64,000 nucleotides of DNA from Eimeria praecox (GCA_963920595.1 OY986946.1:3906001-3970000); one strand, 5' to 3'. Counted from the first letter of the stretch, positions 25,073 to 39,592 are shown. Notes: generated by a model from the letters alone, not told the origin. Made by a program: numbers and translations.

Positions 25073-26390
25073 CAACAATAACAACAACAGCAGCAGCAGC
25101 AGCAACACAGGGCGCGCGAAACTCACTCCCTCCCAGCGTATTTGTCAACTTCTCCTTGAACGCCACGGCAGCAGGATAACGCAACTGCTGCTACAGAATG
25201 AGGAGGGAAGAAGGCTCCTTGAGGCTTTCCTTGCACTTTCTTTCAGCCCTACTGAGCAAGAAGGATCGAACTGTCTCGTTCATATTATAAAGAAAGACCC
25301 CGAGACTCTCTTGCCACTTCTTTTGAAGAAATCAGGTGTATAGACACATATACAAATCCACAGAAACTTCTTACGACTCTGACTCTGAGGCAGCAGACCA
25401 TTCAAGTGTATGCTTCCCTACATGTTTCTGCATGGGTATATTGCTGCTGCTGCTGCTGCTGCTGTGTTTTCTGTTCTGAATATATCATTTTTTTAATTTA
25501 ATGCGATTGTTTGATTGATATTTTCTTGTTTTTTTCTGTTATACAGGCAATAAAGACGTGGCGCGGGGTCTGTCGGCCTGTCTAGTGCAGGGTATATCGA
25601 ATACAAGTGCTGAAGAACTGAAGCCAGTTATTGAAGCTTTGTCTCAGACTATCCTCGAACCCTTGAGAGAGCAAGCAGACGCTCAGAAGAAGGGGGAGAA
25701 AGCTACAGGTCAAACGACTCAGGCGGCAGGATCTGCAGCATCAGGGGAGCCTCGTGTTTCTGAAGAGTCGAGTGACAAGAGGGCTGATGATGAGGCGAAT
25801 TCAGAGGTCAGACATATTCTGTGGTGTATGTACAGCTCTTACAACTTGAAATATCTTTATCTGCGGTGTATGTACAGCCTGATATGACTTCTTCTGCGTA
25901 TACTGTAGAGTCGAATAGCAAGAGATATTCGTTCTCTTGTAACTGTGGCTCTCTTATACTATCATTTTATGTTTATCTATGCTTTGTTTTCTGTTTTTTC
26001 TGTCTTCAGACTTTGTTGAAACGACCTTCGCGAGTACAAGAGCTGATACGAGAGCAACAGCGACGGTGTCAGCAGCAGCAACAACAGCAGCAGCAATTGC
26101 TGCGGCAACGTAGCAGTAATGTAAGGGATAGTGTGGAGGGTTCTCAGGTATCTCAGGAGCTGTCAGGGGGGAAGACGCGAAGCCTACACGAGAAGCTGTT
26201 GATTGACGCCCTCATCTTTGCAGCTTCACAGCCTTCTTCTTCAGAGGCAGAAAATCTATGCGAGAAGTTAGTTAACTTTGCTCCTGCTGTTCTAACACAA
26301 GTTATTAAAATAGAAGTTTCTCGAAATACAGCAGAACCTACACCCCCATCTTCTTCCCCTACAGCAGCAGCATCTGCAGACACCCCATAG
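24954..26390 (+). CDS. Hypothetical protein, ~340 aa, 3 exons, no recognised domain
   Basis: AAAATG start; exons 24954-25335, 25547-25806 and 26010-26390 have GT-AG boundaries and stay in frame (1023 nt). The product has non-repetitive helical-looking segments. Confidence 0.75.
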
Positions 26391-28306
26391 GTATATCTAA
26401 GAATAACAAAGAAGAAACAAAGAGCTTGAGATAATAATAAATACAATAAAACAAAAGAAAAGGAAGCAATAAATGTAGCATAAGTAGTACAGCAACAACA
26501 ATTCTGCTGTTTTCAAATTATACGTCATCAAATATAATTATCTTATTTTGTATATAAGATGCAATAGAAAGCACACTTCGTAGCCAAATTCTGTCTCTGG
26601 GGCTGAGGGGTTTTTCTGTTTGCATTGTAAAACTTATCTGTTTATTCTTTTATTATATTTATTTACATCTTGCTGCAGTTTCAACGGACAGTTATATACC
26701 TGCTGCTGTCTCAACAGGAGCTACCTCTTTGTCTGCAGAAACTCTTATTTACATTTGTATAGTCGATTCCATGAAACACGAATAGATAGATATGCACTCG
26801 TTCACCTCGAAAATAAAAACTAACGGAAATAAATAAAAAAGGGGGGGGGGGGGGGGAGGGAATTAGGAGGGGGAAGCTGTCGTAGTTTTGGCGTTACTAT
26901 AAATATAGTATTTGCAGTAATGGCTGTGAAGATTAGAGACGTACAGTTTATGCTGTGGAGATACACCAGAAGGAAGAAGTGTTTGTTCTTGTTTTTCTGA
27001 ACATAAGAAACATATATAAAGGGGGAGGGAGGCAGGAACAGTAATAGGAAGCAGTTTGCTATTACCTTGGCCTACTTCGCAGACTACTGTCTGCTGTCTG
27101 TTTTTATATTATTAATTAGAAATAAAACAATAAAATCGAAAAGAAGTAAATTGAATGAGAGAATTTGTTGAAAGCTTTCCTTGAGAACAGCCACAGAAAA
27201 ATATATATACGGCTATTTCCACTTCTTTGCTAGCATGCGTCGTGTTTGACGGCAAGCGGGTAGAGAACAGGAAAGCTGTTGAGTGTTCTTTTCTTTTCTT
27301 CACTCATTTAATTAAAGTATTTAATATATTTGTAAGATGTTACGGACGTAGAGAGGCTGAGGCCAGGGGGTTGTGGTGCTGCAGTGTCTGGCACCACAGT
27401 ATTGAGGGCGAATCGAGGGAATGAGAACGGCAATTGAGTTGATCTCTATCTATTCGAATACAAAATGAGGAAGTCGTTCTTAATAGAGTGTAGCTTCAGC
27501 GTGATGGTTAGTTTTGCTTTTCCCCCTCTGAGTCCGACTGTAGCTAAATGTGAACGAGGTCTTCTTCCAGTTCTCTTATAAAGTATACTCAAAAGGAAAT
27601 AGATAAAGGAAAGAAAGGAAAAATAAATTAATATTAGAGATCAGTCACTACTGTGGGCAACACAACAGATCCTCTCCCGCATCGGCAGTTTACTGTTGAG
27701 TTGCATGTTCTGCCTTTGGCGGTAAGTCGCATCGATCTTCTCCTTTTAACTTCACGAAGAGTTGAATCAAACAAAATCAAATAGTATTTCCAAAAGATCT
27801 TCAGCTTTCCGTTTCAGTAGAACCGGCAGGAGTGACCGCCGGGCTGTCGCCAGCGGCCCACGCGGAGCCTCATTTCTGAGAGCACCTGCTGATGAACATG
27901 ATGAGTGTTTTCCTTTAAATGTTGTATTGAAGTTGTTCTGACGGAATATTTAAAGAAAATTCATGTTGCTCCCCCCAAACAAGTTTCCTGGGTTGCTGCG
28001 TGCAAAGATATATATACGGAAGTGAAAGCTGAACGAACCAGCCGGGGTGTATCTTCTTGAAGGCAGTGCACTCCGTTTCCGTTAGTCCCATAGTTTATCA
28101 TATCTTCCTTTCAGGTTTTTATGAAGGATTCAGCGCGTCGGCTTCTGTATCCTCGCGCCTTGCATCTGCAGCTTACGTGAATATGCTTGCTGCCCGCATG
28201 AACCGTCGGTTCCCGCTGGCTTTCTTATCTCGTCCTGATGCTTGGGGCTTCTTCCGCTTTCTCCTCACCTTTAGCTGTGGGTGCGTAAAGGCGTTCAAGA
28301 AAAGAA

Positions 28307-28723
28307 ATGGACGTCTGCACCCCAGACCCTTCAATCTTGTCAAGGGGTAACCCGCGTCCTACCTCCCCCTCTGTCGCAGAGGCAACACACCAGCTCAGAG
28401 GAAACAGTAGAAGCTTTAGTGCGCCCACATCTTTCCAGCAGCATTCATTCCGAAGCGCTTTCATATCGCAGGTAGGAGCACCTCTTTGGCGTTCTCTAAG
28501 ACGATCCCGAGGCCCCAAAGGCCCGGCTTCCTCTACTTCTGTTCCTCCTCTCAACTCCGACGATTCAGATGAAGCATCAGTGGCACAGCACTCCTTGCCA
28601 GCTGACTGTACACTACAGAGTCAGCACACATACAACAGCATCCGACCCTCCACTTACCACGAACCACGCAGCGGCTCTGCTTCACCTCTGCTGCCTACAG
28701 CTGCAGCAGCAACAACAACAACA

Positions 28724-28761
<38 letters not shown>

Positions 28762-29140
28762 AACAGCAGCAACACCATCAGGATCAGCAGTAAGGGCTCA
28801 ATCTGCCCCTGATGTGTCTTCTGTCTCAACATCATATAGTTGTAGACGTAGCAGACTTCCCTTCTCTTCCCTCTCACGCAAATTTCGCCCACTTTCCTTT
28901 TCTGGTTTCCTTCGCGGCTCTTTCAGTTCTGCCGTCAACGAACGTACTACTGCTTCATCGAAGGGGCATCGCAGTGCTTCAGTGGAACCTGCGGTGTACG
29001 TACACCAGAGCCAAACCTGCCGCACAACAAGTAAGGCGAGACAGGCAAGTGCTCCACATATCTCTTCTGGGCCCTCATCTGATTATGGAAAACATCAACA
29101 GCAGCAGCAACAGCTGCAGCAGCAACAGCAGCAACAACAA

Positions 29141-29172
<32 letters not shown>

Positions 29173-29313
29173 ACAACTGGTGCTGCAGGAAGAGCAGCAG
29201 CAGGAGCAGCAGCAGCAGGAGGAGCAGCAACAACAGCAGCAGCAGGAGCAGCAGCAACAACAGCAGCAGCCGCTACTGCTGCAGGAGGGGCAGCAGCAGG
29301 AGCAGCAGCAGCA

Positions 29314-29346
<33 letters not shown>

Positions 29347-30833
29347 ACAGAGTCCTACATCACCTACAAGGGGACGACTGGTGCCCTTCAATGTCTTCCC
29401 TCCATCGGCTGCTGACGCAGATGAGTGTGCTGTTCCTGCTGCAGCTGTTGCTGCTCCTGCCGCTGCAGCAGTTGCAGCTCCCACCGCTGCAGCTGTTCCT
29501 GCTGCAGCAGCAGCCGCAGCAGCAGCAGCAGCTACAGCATTAGCAGCAGCAGGTTCTCCTGCTGACAATGATGCTGCGGCAAGTATTTATTTCCCTGCTG
29601 CAGGAGCAGCAGCTGCTGCTATCACGAGTGCAGCAGCAGCAGCAGCAGCAATACCCTCTGTTTCTGTTGCTGTTGCTTCTGCAGAACCCCCCTGTGCTGC
29701 TGCTGCTGCTGCTGCAGCAGCAGCAGCAGCAACAGCAGCAACAGCAGCAGCAACAGCAGCAACAGCAGCAGCAGCTGCTGAAGGGGACACCTGTAATCAT
29801 CAGGGGCAAGTGTATGACTTCCAGCTCTCTCTCCCCATCGTGTGTGGAGGAGATACTACATTATCTCCCTTAGCATCACACCCTCAACCTCGTCGTGACT
29901 CGTGTCCTGCCCTCATCAACCCTTCTTCTATCCCTCCTGCATGCAGCAGAGGGCCCCGAAGACCTGCCAGCAACAGCAGCAGCAACAGCAACAATAGCAG
30001 CAGCAGCAGCAGCAACAGCAACAGCAGCAGCAGCAGCTGTACTCCTTCAAGAGAAAGCAGCAGACACAGAAGCTTATTATGCCCTCCTTACAATTCACAG
30101 CAGCAGCAGCAGCTGCTGCTGCTATCCGCCCCCATATGCAGCATAGACACGACGCAAACAAAACCAACTGATGCTTCTTCTCAGCGCCGCTGCAGCAGCT
30201 CCTCTCCTTCTCTCCAATATAGACACGTGATTACACGCAGCAGTCGTGGGGGCCCCCCAGGGGGGGCCCCCCTGGGGGCCCCCCAGGGGGCCCCCCAGGG
30301 GGCCCCCCCAGGGCCCCCCCAGGGGCTCCCCAGGCTCTCTGGACTGTCTGAAAGCCTCCGGAAGCTGCAGGCTGAAGATAATGCTGCGTCTTTAGCTCTG
30401 AGCAGCAGCAGAAGGAGCGCTTACGCAACAGCTGCTTCTGCGGTAGGAGGAGGAGGGAGTGAGGAGGTTGAAGAGGGTGTGATAGGTATTGGTTTAGAGG
30501 GTGGTACAGCAGCAACAACAGCAGCAGCAGCAGCACTAGCAGCAGCAGCAGCAGCAGCAAATCGAGAGACTCAAACGGATTTAGGGGTTGGCCTCTGCTA
30601 TCCTCAAGCTCTCAATCATCCTCCTGATGAGTTAGTGAGGGGGCGTGACGTACAGGAGTTTGTTAAGGGGGTTGAGAGGTGTTTATCTAATATTGTTAGT
30701 TGTTTCTTACCTGGTTGTGAGCTACATAATGGATTTGGGGGCCTGAAGCAAGAAAAAAATGGAGATCAGGTGCCGCTACAGCTGCTGCAGATTGTTGAGA
30801 ACTCGAATAATACTATTAATACGAGTAGCAGCA

Positions 30834-30872
<39 letters not shown>

Positions 30873-31972
30873 ATGGAGGGGGCTTGATGGGAGAGCTAAA
30901 GCAGCAGATGGATCTAGCCCGCAGACATACTGCCCCTACAGGAATTGCAGCAGCAGCAAGTCTTGATGGGGATAGTGATGCTGTTGCTGCTGCTGCTGCT
31001 GGTGCTGCTGCTGCAGACACCTCGTTAGCTGCAACAGACATAGAGGCCCCCGTATCCCCTCTTAAGGGCTTTGAAACTCCTTCTGCAGCAGGAGCAGCAG
31101 GAGGGGAGGATGATTCTGCTGAGGCCTCAGCAGCAGCAGCAGCAGCAACAACAACAACAGCAGGAGCAGCAGCAGGAGCAGCAGCATTTAGAGAAGGTAG
31201 AACAGAAGCTGCAGCTTCAGCAAGTTGTTTCTACTCGATAGTAGAAGTTGTGGGGCGGGGAGCTCACGGCGCGGTGTTTAGAGCCAAGCGCTTTACAAAG
31301 ACAGGGAAGGTAGATGGCGTTTCAGGTGTATCTGCAGCTGCAGCTGCTGTATCATCTTCGGGTGTATCTACAGCTGGTGTATCATCTTCAGGTGTATCTA
31401 CAGCTGAGGGTGAGGGGACGCCCGATAAAGAAGAGTGTAACGAAGCAGGAGAAGATGATCTTGGTGAAGATATGGAGGAAGTAGAAGAAGATGAAGTAGC
31501 ATTAAAGATAATAGATATAGAAGGGGCTCTAAAGACGCAGTGTATAGACAGCAGCAGTAGAATACGATATTTAAGAAGAATTGTATCTGAAGCAAGCGCT
31601 CTCTCTCAATTAAAACACGAAAATATTGTTGAATTCTACGAATCTTTCCTGTGGCCTCCATCTTATATTGTATTTGTTACAGAGTATTTGCCTGGGGGGT
31701 CTCTGAGAGATCTCTATAAAAAGGCAGGGCCCCTACCTGAGCATATCATCGCTAACGTACTCAAGTAAGCCTGCTGCTGCTGCTCCTGCTCCTGTAGCTG
31801 CTGATGCTCCTGTAGCTGCTGATGCTCCTGTAGCTGCTGGTGTTGTTGCTGCTGCTGTAGGTGTTGGTGTTGCTGCTGCTGTAGGTGTTGGTGTTGCTGC
31901 TGCTGTAGCTGTTGGTGGTGCTGCTGCTGTAGCTGTAGCTGTTGCTGTTGCGGTTGCGTGTGGTGTCGTTGT

Positions 31973-32071
<99 letters not shown>

Positions 32072-32455
32072 TTCTTCTCTAAACTTTTATAGATAGCGTC
32101 ACGAGTTTGTATTTGTGTTTGTGTGAAACTGTAGAGATATTTTATCGGCCTTAGAATATTTACATAGCAAGAAAGTAGGAGAAGAAGGAGAAATAGAGAA
32201 AGAGGTGTGCATACACCGCGATATAAAGGCAGCAAATATACTCCTCAGCGCCTCGGGCAGAGCAAAATTAATTGATTTTGGAATTTCTATTATGAAGGGT
32301 TAGTTGGAGTTATTTTATTTTGTTTTTATTGTTTTATATTATACACAGGAATGTATGAGTTTGTGTTCTTCTATTTCTTTTATTCTGTTCTATCTATTTT
32401 GTTTATCTTGTATTTGAAACACGTAGTGCTGTATATTGTGGATATACTCTACAGG

Positions 32456-32495
<40 letters not shown>

Positions 32496-32648
32496 ATTAT
32501 GGTCTTAAGATTACTTATCAAATAAGATTATTTAACACTATTAAACAATTCGAGTGTTTATATGTATTTAGGATGATGTTAGCTTTTTTTCTATCTTTCT
32601 TTGTTTTCTTTACAAACTCGATCATGTGATAACAACAAAGAGCACCAA

Positions 32649-32700
<52 letters not shown>

Positions 32701-33017
32701 TTTTATATTTTATTTTTATTTATTGTACGTATAATAATTATAATATATATTTGTTTGTAGCTTTCCTCTGTTTTTTTTGTTTGTTTTTTCTTCTTTTTTG
32801 GGGCTTTGCATGCAATATTTGTTTTATTTTGTATTTTAAAAACTAAATAAATACATTTTATTTGTTTTTATTGCAGAAAAAGACGATGAGTTTGCAGGTA
32901 CACCGCAGTGGATGGCCCCTGAGGTTGCATATACATACTTTCGCTGTCTACACAAGCCTATGATGCACATACAGACAGAAAGAGCTTTTAAAACAGCAAC
33001 AGGAGGAGCAACAACAA

Positions 33018-33053
<36 letters not shown>

Positions 33054-33897
33054 CAGCAGCAGCAGCAGGAGCAGCAGGAGCAGCAACAGCAACAGCAACA
33101 ATAACAGAAGATAGAGTGGAAGAGGAAGATAAGGAGAGTGTAATGAGAGAAAGAGAAGAAGAGAAAGAAGAAAAACAAAAGAAAAACTATCAAAAAAAAA
33201 CTTTCTATGGACCCTCAATTGATTTGTGGTCTTTGGGTATTACTGCCTTCGAGTTAGCTATCGGTCGTTTGCCTTGGCCTAGTAAACTTAAATTAGAGAA
33301 GGTAATAATATATTTGTTTATTTTATTTAATAATATATTTAAATACTTTTTTTCAGGTGCATATACACTACAGATATAAAGATATTATGTAATACGTTAG
33401 ATACATGCAGAAGATATACAGAGATATACACATAACACCCATGAGGACACACATACCATGCCTGATGCTTTGCCTGCTGCTGCTGCTGCTGTGCTGCTGC
33501 TGCTGCCGCTGCTGTTGTTGTGCTGCTGCTGCTGCTGCTGTTGTGCTGCTGTTGCTGCTGCTGTTGTGCTGCTGTTGTGCTGCTGCTGCTGTGCTGCTGC
33601 TGCTGCTGCAGCAGCAGGGGTTGTTGAAGTAGCATTGATACGTTTTGCTCTTTGGTTTTCCATTTGTGTTTATTTATATTTATAAATATAAATATACTAC
33701 ATCAAATATAATTATATTTATCTAATTACAATAACAAAAATATATCTTAATTTGTTTATTTCTTCTTCTTTCTGCTGCAGCTTATGCATTTAATTGCGTT
33801 TGGTGCGTCTCCTCGTATAAATTTAAATGAAGGATATGAGAAGACGTTTTGTTATTTTGTAGAAAAATGTCTAAGAAAAAATGATGAAGAGAGGTAA

Positions 33898-33980
<83 letters not shown>

Positions 33981-34314
33981 GACACTTCAGTCTTATAAAT
34001 ATAAATATATAAATAAATCTAAAGTTATAACTATAAATAAATCTAAATATATATAAATATAAATAAATAGGTGCACAGATACATTGGGCGTTGTATGTTG
34101 TATGCTTGTTGATATATATATTATTTTATTTAAAAAAGATATAACAACTTATTTTATTTTGTTTATTATTTTATTTTATTCTATTTTATTTTATTTTTAT
34201 ATTTTATTTTATTTTCTATTTTATTTTGTTTCTGCTGTATGAACATCTGCAGAGGGACGGCACAGGAATTGCTAAGACATCCTTTCATAACAAGTTAGTT
34301 CTTTATTAACTCGC

Positions 34315-34387
<73 letters not shown>

Positions 34388-35746
34388 TATTTATGTTTAT
34401 GTTTATATTTATATTTATATTTATATTTATATTTATATTTATATATATATTTATATATTATATTTATATTTATATTTATATTTATATTTATATTTATATT
34501 TATATTTATATTTATATTTATATTTATATTTATATTTATATTTATATTTATATTTATATTTATATTTATATTTTTGTTAGAGTTTTCTTCGGGTCGTCGT
34601 CCTCAATCCTGTTCGGAGTTGCGTGAGGCAGTAGAAGTTTTCAATGGCAAACGCCAACGTAAGAATTAAATATTTATAATATTTATAATTATATTTATAG
34701 TTATTATTATATTATTATTATTATATTATTTATAATATTAATATTAGTATTATGTATTAATAATAATAATAATCGTAAGAATTAAATATTTATAATATTT
34801 ATAATTATATTTATAGTTATATTATTATTATTATTATTATTATTAGATTATTCATAATATTAATATTAATATTATGTATTAATAATAATACTAATCGTAA
34901 GAATTAAATATTTATAATATTTATAATTATATTTATAGTTATTATATTATTATTATAATTATATTATTTATAATATTAATATTAATAGTATGTATTAATA
35001 ATAATAATAATCGTAAGAATTAAATATTTATAATATTTATAATTATATTTATAGTTATTATATGATTATTATAATTATATTATTTATAATATTAGTTTTA
35101 ATATTATGTATTAATAATAATACTAATCGTAAGAATTAAATATTTATAATATTTGTAATTATATCTATAATTATTATATTGTTATCATTCTTGTATTGTT
35201 TATAATATTAATATTAATAGTATGTATTAATAATAATAATAATTAATAATTGATATTGTTATATGATAGTCTATATAAAGCAGTAAACATACTTTATATT
35301 TTTCTGTAAAATAAAATAAAATAATAATATAGCATAATTTTATATACATTATATTATGCTACATATATATTTAAAACATACTCTGTTGCTTGCTGCTCTT
35401 GCTGTTGCTGCTGCTGCTACTGCTGCTGCTGTTGTTGTTGTTGTTTGTATTGTATAGTTTTCTCTATCTGTTTATCTCTATTGTTTATACTTTGTCTATT
35501 CAGCTTCAGTACTATCAGCAGTGTTTGTCTACTTAAACAGTTGGAGAGCTCTAAGAAATCTCTCTTCTTCTTCTTCTCTTCAAATTTCTTCTTCTTCTTC
35601 TTCTTCTCGCTGTCTTCTACCTTCTCACAGACTTGTTAACTGGGGGAGCAGTAAGATATTATTATCTTGGATATATATTATAATATCGTATAGATATTAT
35701 TATCCTTACTTGGTTTTGTTTACTTTTAGTTTGTTTAGTTTATTTG

Positions 35747-35832
<86 letters not shown>

Positions 35833-36390
35833 CTTTAGTTTATTTTGTTTGGTTTATTTAGTTTATTTAGTTTATTTAGTTTATTTAGTTTAGTTTATTT
35901 AGTTTAGTTTATTTGGTTTAGTTAGTTTAGTTTATTTGCTTTATTTTGTTTATTTAGTTTTATTTAGTTTAGTTTGTTTTAGTTTATTTAGTTTATTTTG
36001 TCTTAGTTTGTTTAATTTATTCAGTTTAGTTTATTTAGTTTATTTAATTTATTTTGTTTATTTTGTTTATTTTGTTTATTTTGTTTTATTTTACTTCTTT
36101 TATTTGGATTTCTCTATTTAATTTTGCTTAGTTTTATTTGGTTTTGTTTAGTTTCATTTAGTTTTATTTAGTTTATTTATTTAATTGTATTTAGCTTTAT
36201 TTATTTTTATTTATTTTTATTTATTTGTATTTGTTTCTGTTCTTTTGTTTGTCGTTTTATTTGATATTTTGTTTGTTTTGTTTTATTTACTAACTTGTTT
36301 TTATTTTTATATTTTTGTGTTTTGTCTTGTCCTAGGTTTAGTATTATTATTATTGTTTTGTTTGTTTGTTTCTTTGTTTGTTTTCGTTAG

Positions 36391-36456
<66 letters not shown>

Positions 36457-37029
36457 GTAGTAGTAGTAGTAGTAGTAGTAATGTGTTTAATCTTTTGTTT
36501 GTTATATTTTGTTTGTTATTTTGTTTTGTATTTTTTTTTATATTTTATTTAATATTTTACTTAATATTTTATTCTGTATTCTATTCAGTATGTTGTTTTA
36601 TAGTTTGTTTATATTATTTATTATTTTGTTTATTGCTTTGTTGTTTTATTATTTTTATTATTATTTTTGTATTATTATTATTATTTTTGTATTATTTTGT
36701 TTATTTATTTATTTGTTTGCTCTATCCTTTCTTTATTTTTTGTCTTTTTTCTTTGTTTTCTTTCTCTTCTTCTTTTTGTATTTTTTCGAGTGTATATACA
36801 GTTGATTTGGTTTTTATTTGTTTATTTAGGGAAGTATGAGGGAATAGATTGTTTATATATTATACAACAGTATATTTATTTGTCTTTAAATACATAAATA
36901 TAAATAAATAAATAAATAAGTAAATAAATAAATAAATAGGTTGTGCTTTGGTTGCTATTGCTCTTGCTTTGTTTTATATCTACATTGTTGTTTTTTTACG
37001 TTTGTTTTGTTATTCTGCTATTATTATTA

Positions 37030-37066
<37 letters not shown>

Positions 37067-37408
37067 TTTATTTTTATTTTTATTTTTATTTTTATTGTTT
37101 AAATTAATTATATTTCTTATTATTTTTTATTGTTTTATTATTACTGTTGTTTTGCCGTTATTGTGTTGTTGCTGCTTTGTTATTACTGTTCACATTATTC
37201 TTTGTTGTTGTTTTTCTAGTTGCTGCTGCTGTGGCTTCTGCTGCTGCTGCTGCTGCTGCAGCTGCTGCTGCAGCAGCAGCAGCAGAGATTGTGTGTATTA
37301 AGCTAAATTTGTTTTTTTTATTTTTGTTTGTTTTCAGGTGTGGGAAGTGTCGATCAAAAGACAGATCGTTCTTCTTCTTTTGCTTCGGCTCATCACGAGC
37401 TCCGCCCT

Positions 37409-37457
<49 letters not shown>

Positions 37458-38002
37458 GCAAAAGCAGCAAGGGAAGCAGCAAAAACGGTAGACGTAAACG
37501 TAGCAGCAGCAGCAGCGGAAGCAACAGTAGCAGCAGCAGCAGCAGCAGAAGCAGCAGTAACAGCAGCAAAAGCAGCAGTAACAGCAGCAGCAGCGGCAGC
37601 AGCAATAATAGAAACAGCAGCAGCAGCAGCAGCAGCAACGATAAAGCAACGAGGGGAGCTGCAGGCGTTCAAGACCCCACAGCCTCATCTGCTGCAGCAG
37701 TAAAATCTATGACAGGAACAGGTAAGGATAGTAAATAATTGTTTACACAAATAAATAAATAAAATAATTAAAAACACTAACAATTAAACAAACAAACAAA
37801 CAAACAAACAAACAAACAAAAGGAGAGGCAGAGAAATAAACAAACAGACAGACAGAGAGAGATAGAGAGACAGACAGATAGACAAACCAAAAACAAATAA
37901 AATAGAAAGATAATAATAAATAGAAAAAACATAAGGGTACAAACAGAGGCTTCTTTTGTTGCTGCTGCGGATGTTGCTGCAGAGGATACAACAGCAGCAG
38001 CT

Positions 38003-38041
<39 letters not shown>

Positions 38042-38188
38042 GCTGCTGCTGACGATGAAGGCAAAGAGAGAGACGGGGAGACGCATTCCTCTCAAGACAA
38101 CAAACAACTGCCTCAAGACTCGCTTGCTGCTACTGCAGACGGGCCCGGGTGTACAGACACCAAACAGCAGCAGGAGCAGCAGCAACAA

Positions 38189-38220
<32 letters not shown>

Positions 38221-38519
38221 GCAGCAGGCTGACGCGGCTCCTCCTCGGTCTTCGCGTTCATTTTTTTCGTTTTTCTTTTCTGCGTTTCAACCAGCGAAAT
38301 CAGGGGAGTCGGATAGTGAGGCAACTGCAGCAGCAGCAGCAGCAGCAGCAACAGCAACAGCAACAACAGCAACAACAACTACAGCAGCAACAACAGCAGC
38401 ATCAGAAGGAGCAGCAGCAGCAACAGAAGCAGCAGACGCAGAAGCATCAAAAACCTCCTCTGACATTCCGCCGACTGTTTCTGCTTCTGTTCCTTCAACT
38501 CTTGCATCTGTAGCAACTC

Positions 38520-38570
<51 letters not shown>

Positions 38571-38629
38571 GAGGATCTGTGCTGCCTCTTCGTCGAGGAG
38601 CCTCTTTAGGTGTATCCTGTATAGACCTT

Positions 38630-38663
<34 letters not shown>

Positions 38664-39210
38664 CACAGAGGGGAAGGCTAGTTGACAGGCCGATAAGAAA
38701 TGCGAGTATGTTTGCTGCAGTAGGTTCGTTAGATATACAAGGAGGAGGAGCTGCTCCTCCTCGTTTTAGAAAGAGAAGAGAAAATAATAAAAATAAAAAA
38801 GATAAACATGAAGATAAACAAACACAATTAAGTAGAAGTGCTGATAAGTTCTTTAGTCTGTTTAGACGTGGAGGAGGAGGACAGGCCTCGAGTGAAGCTG
38901 CTGCTGCTGCTGATGTTGCTGCTGCTGCTGCTGCTGCTGATGCTGCACACAACAACAACAGCAGCAGCAGCAGCAGCATACGCAGAAGCAGCAGCTGCGG
39001 CAGCGGCAGAAGCAAACGGTGGGGGAGGGAGGATGTTGATGCGACACTACAGGGCTCGACGATGCCTAGCAGCGATATCGCTAGCACCTTCAGCAGCAGC
39101 AGCAACAGCAACAGCAGCAGCAGCAACAGCAGCAGCAGCAACAGCAGCAGCAGCAAAGAGGGGGCATTTCCTCCCGCCTCACAAGAATGCACAGCTGCAG
39201 AAATGCATCG

Positions 39211-39247
<37 letters not shown>

Positions 39248-39392
39248 CCTGCTGCTGCTTCCTTGGCGCGCGCTTCGCCCCCCACAGAGCCATCCTCAGT
39301 TGAGGCTGTTGCATGCGCCGACACCATACCCGAGACCAGTGCAGCAGCAGCAGCAGCAGCAACACCAGCAGCAGCAGCAGTAGCAACAGCAA

Positions 39393-39424
<32 letters not shown>

Positions 39425-39592
39425 GCAGCAGGGGAGGAGCGGTGTGTCTCGGATGATTTCTGCGATATGTTGGAGAGTCCGACAGTGCAGAGTTCTGTAA
39501 TATCTTCGTTTAGTGTTTTTCCTTCTAATGTTTGTAAAGATAAAAATAATAATACATTTAAACAGACAACAGACTACAATACACATCCAGAT

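Noticed and set aside
34658..35240. CRISPR-like regularly spaced repeats
   Set aside because: Eukaryotic intron; the 'spacers' are copies of each other and there are no cas genes. It is a minisatellite.
35830..37320. Hydrophobic ORFs (F/L/I/Y-rich) resembling membrane proteins
   Set aside because: Translations of T-rich intronic microsatellites; the same applies at 7854-8748, 43781-44522, 50684-51122 and 60312-60776.
38287..39327. 346-aa antisense ORF and other poly-L/C/A ORFs
   Set aside because: Shadow frames of CAG-rich exons that lack stop codons.
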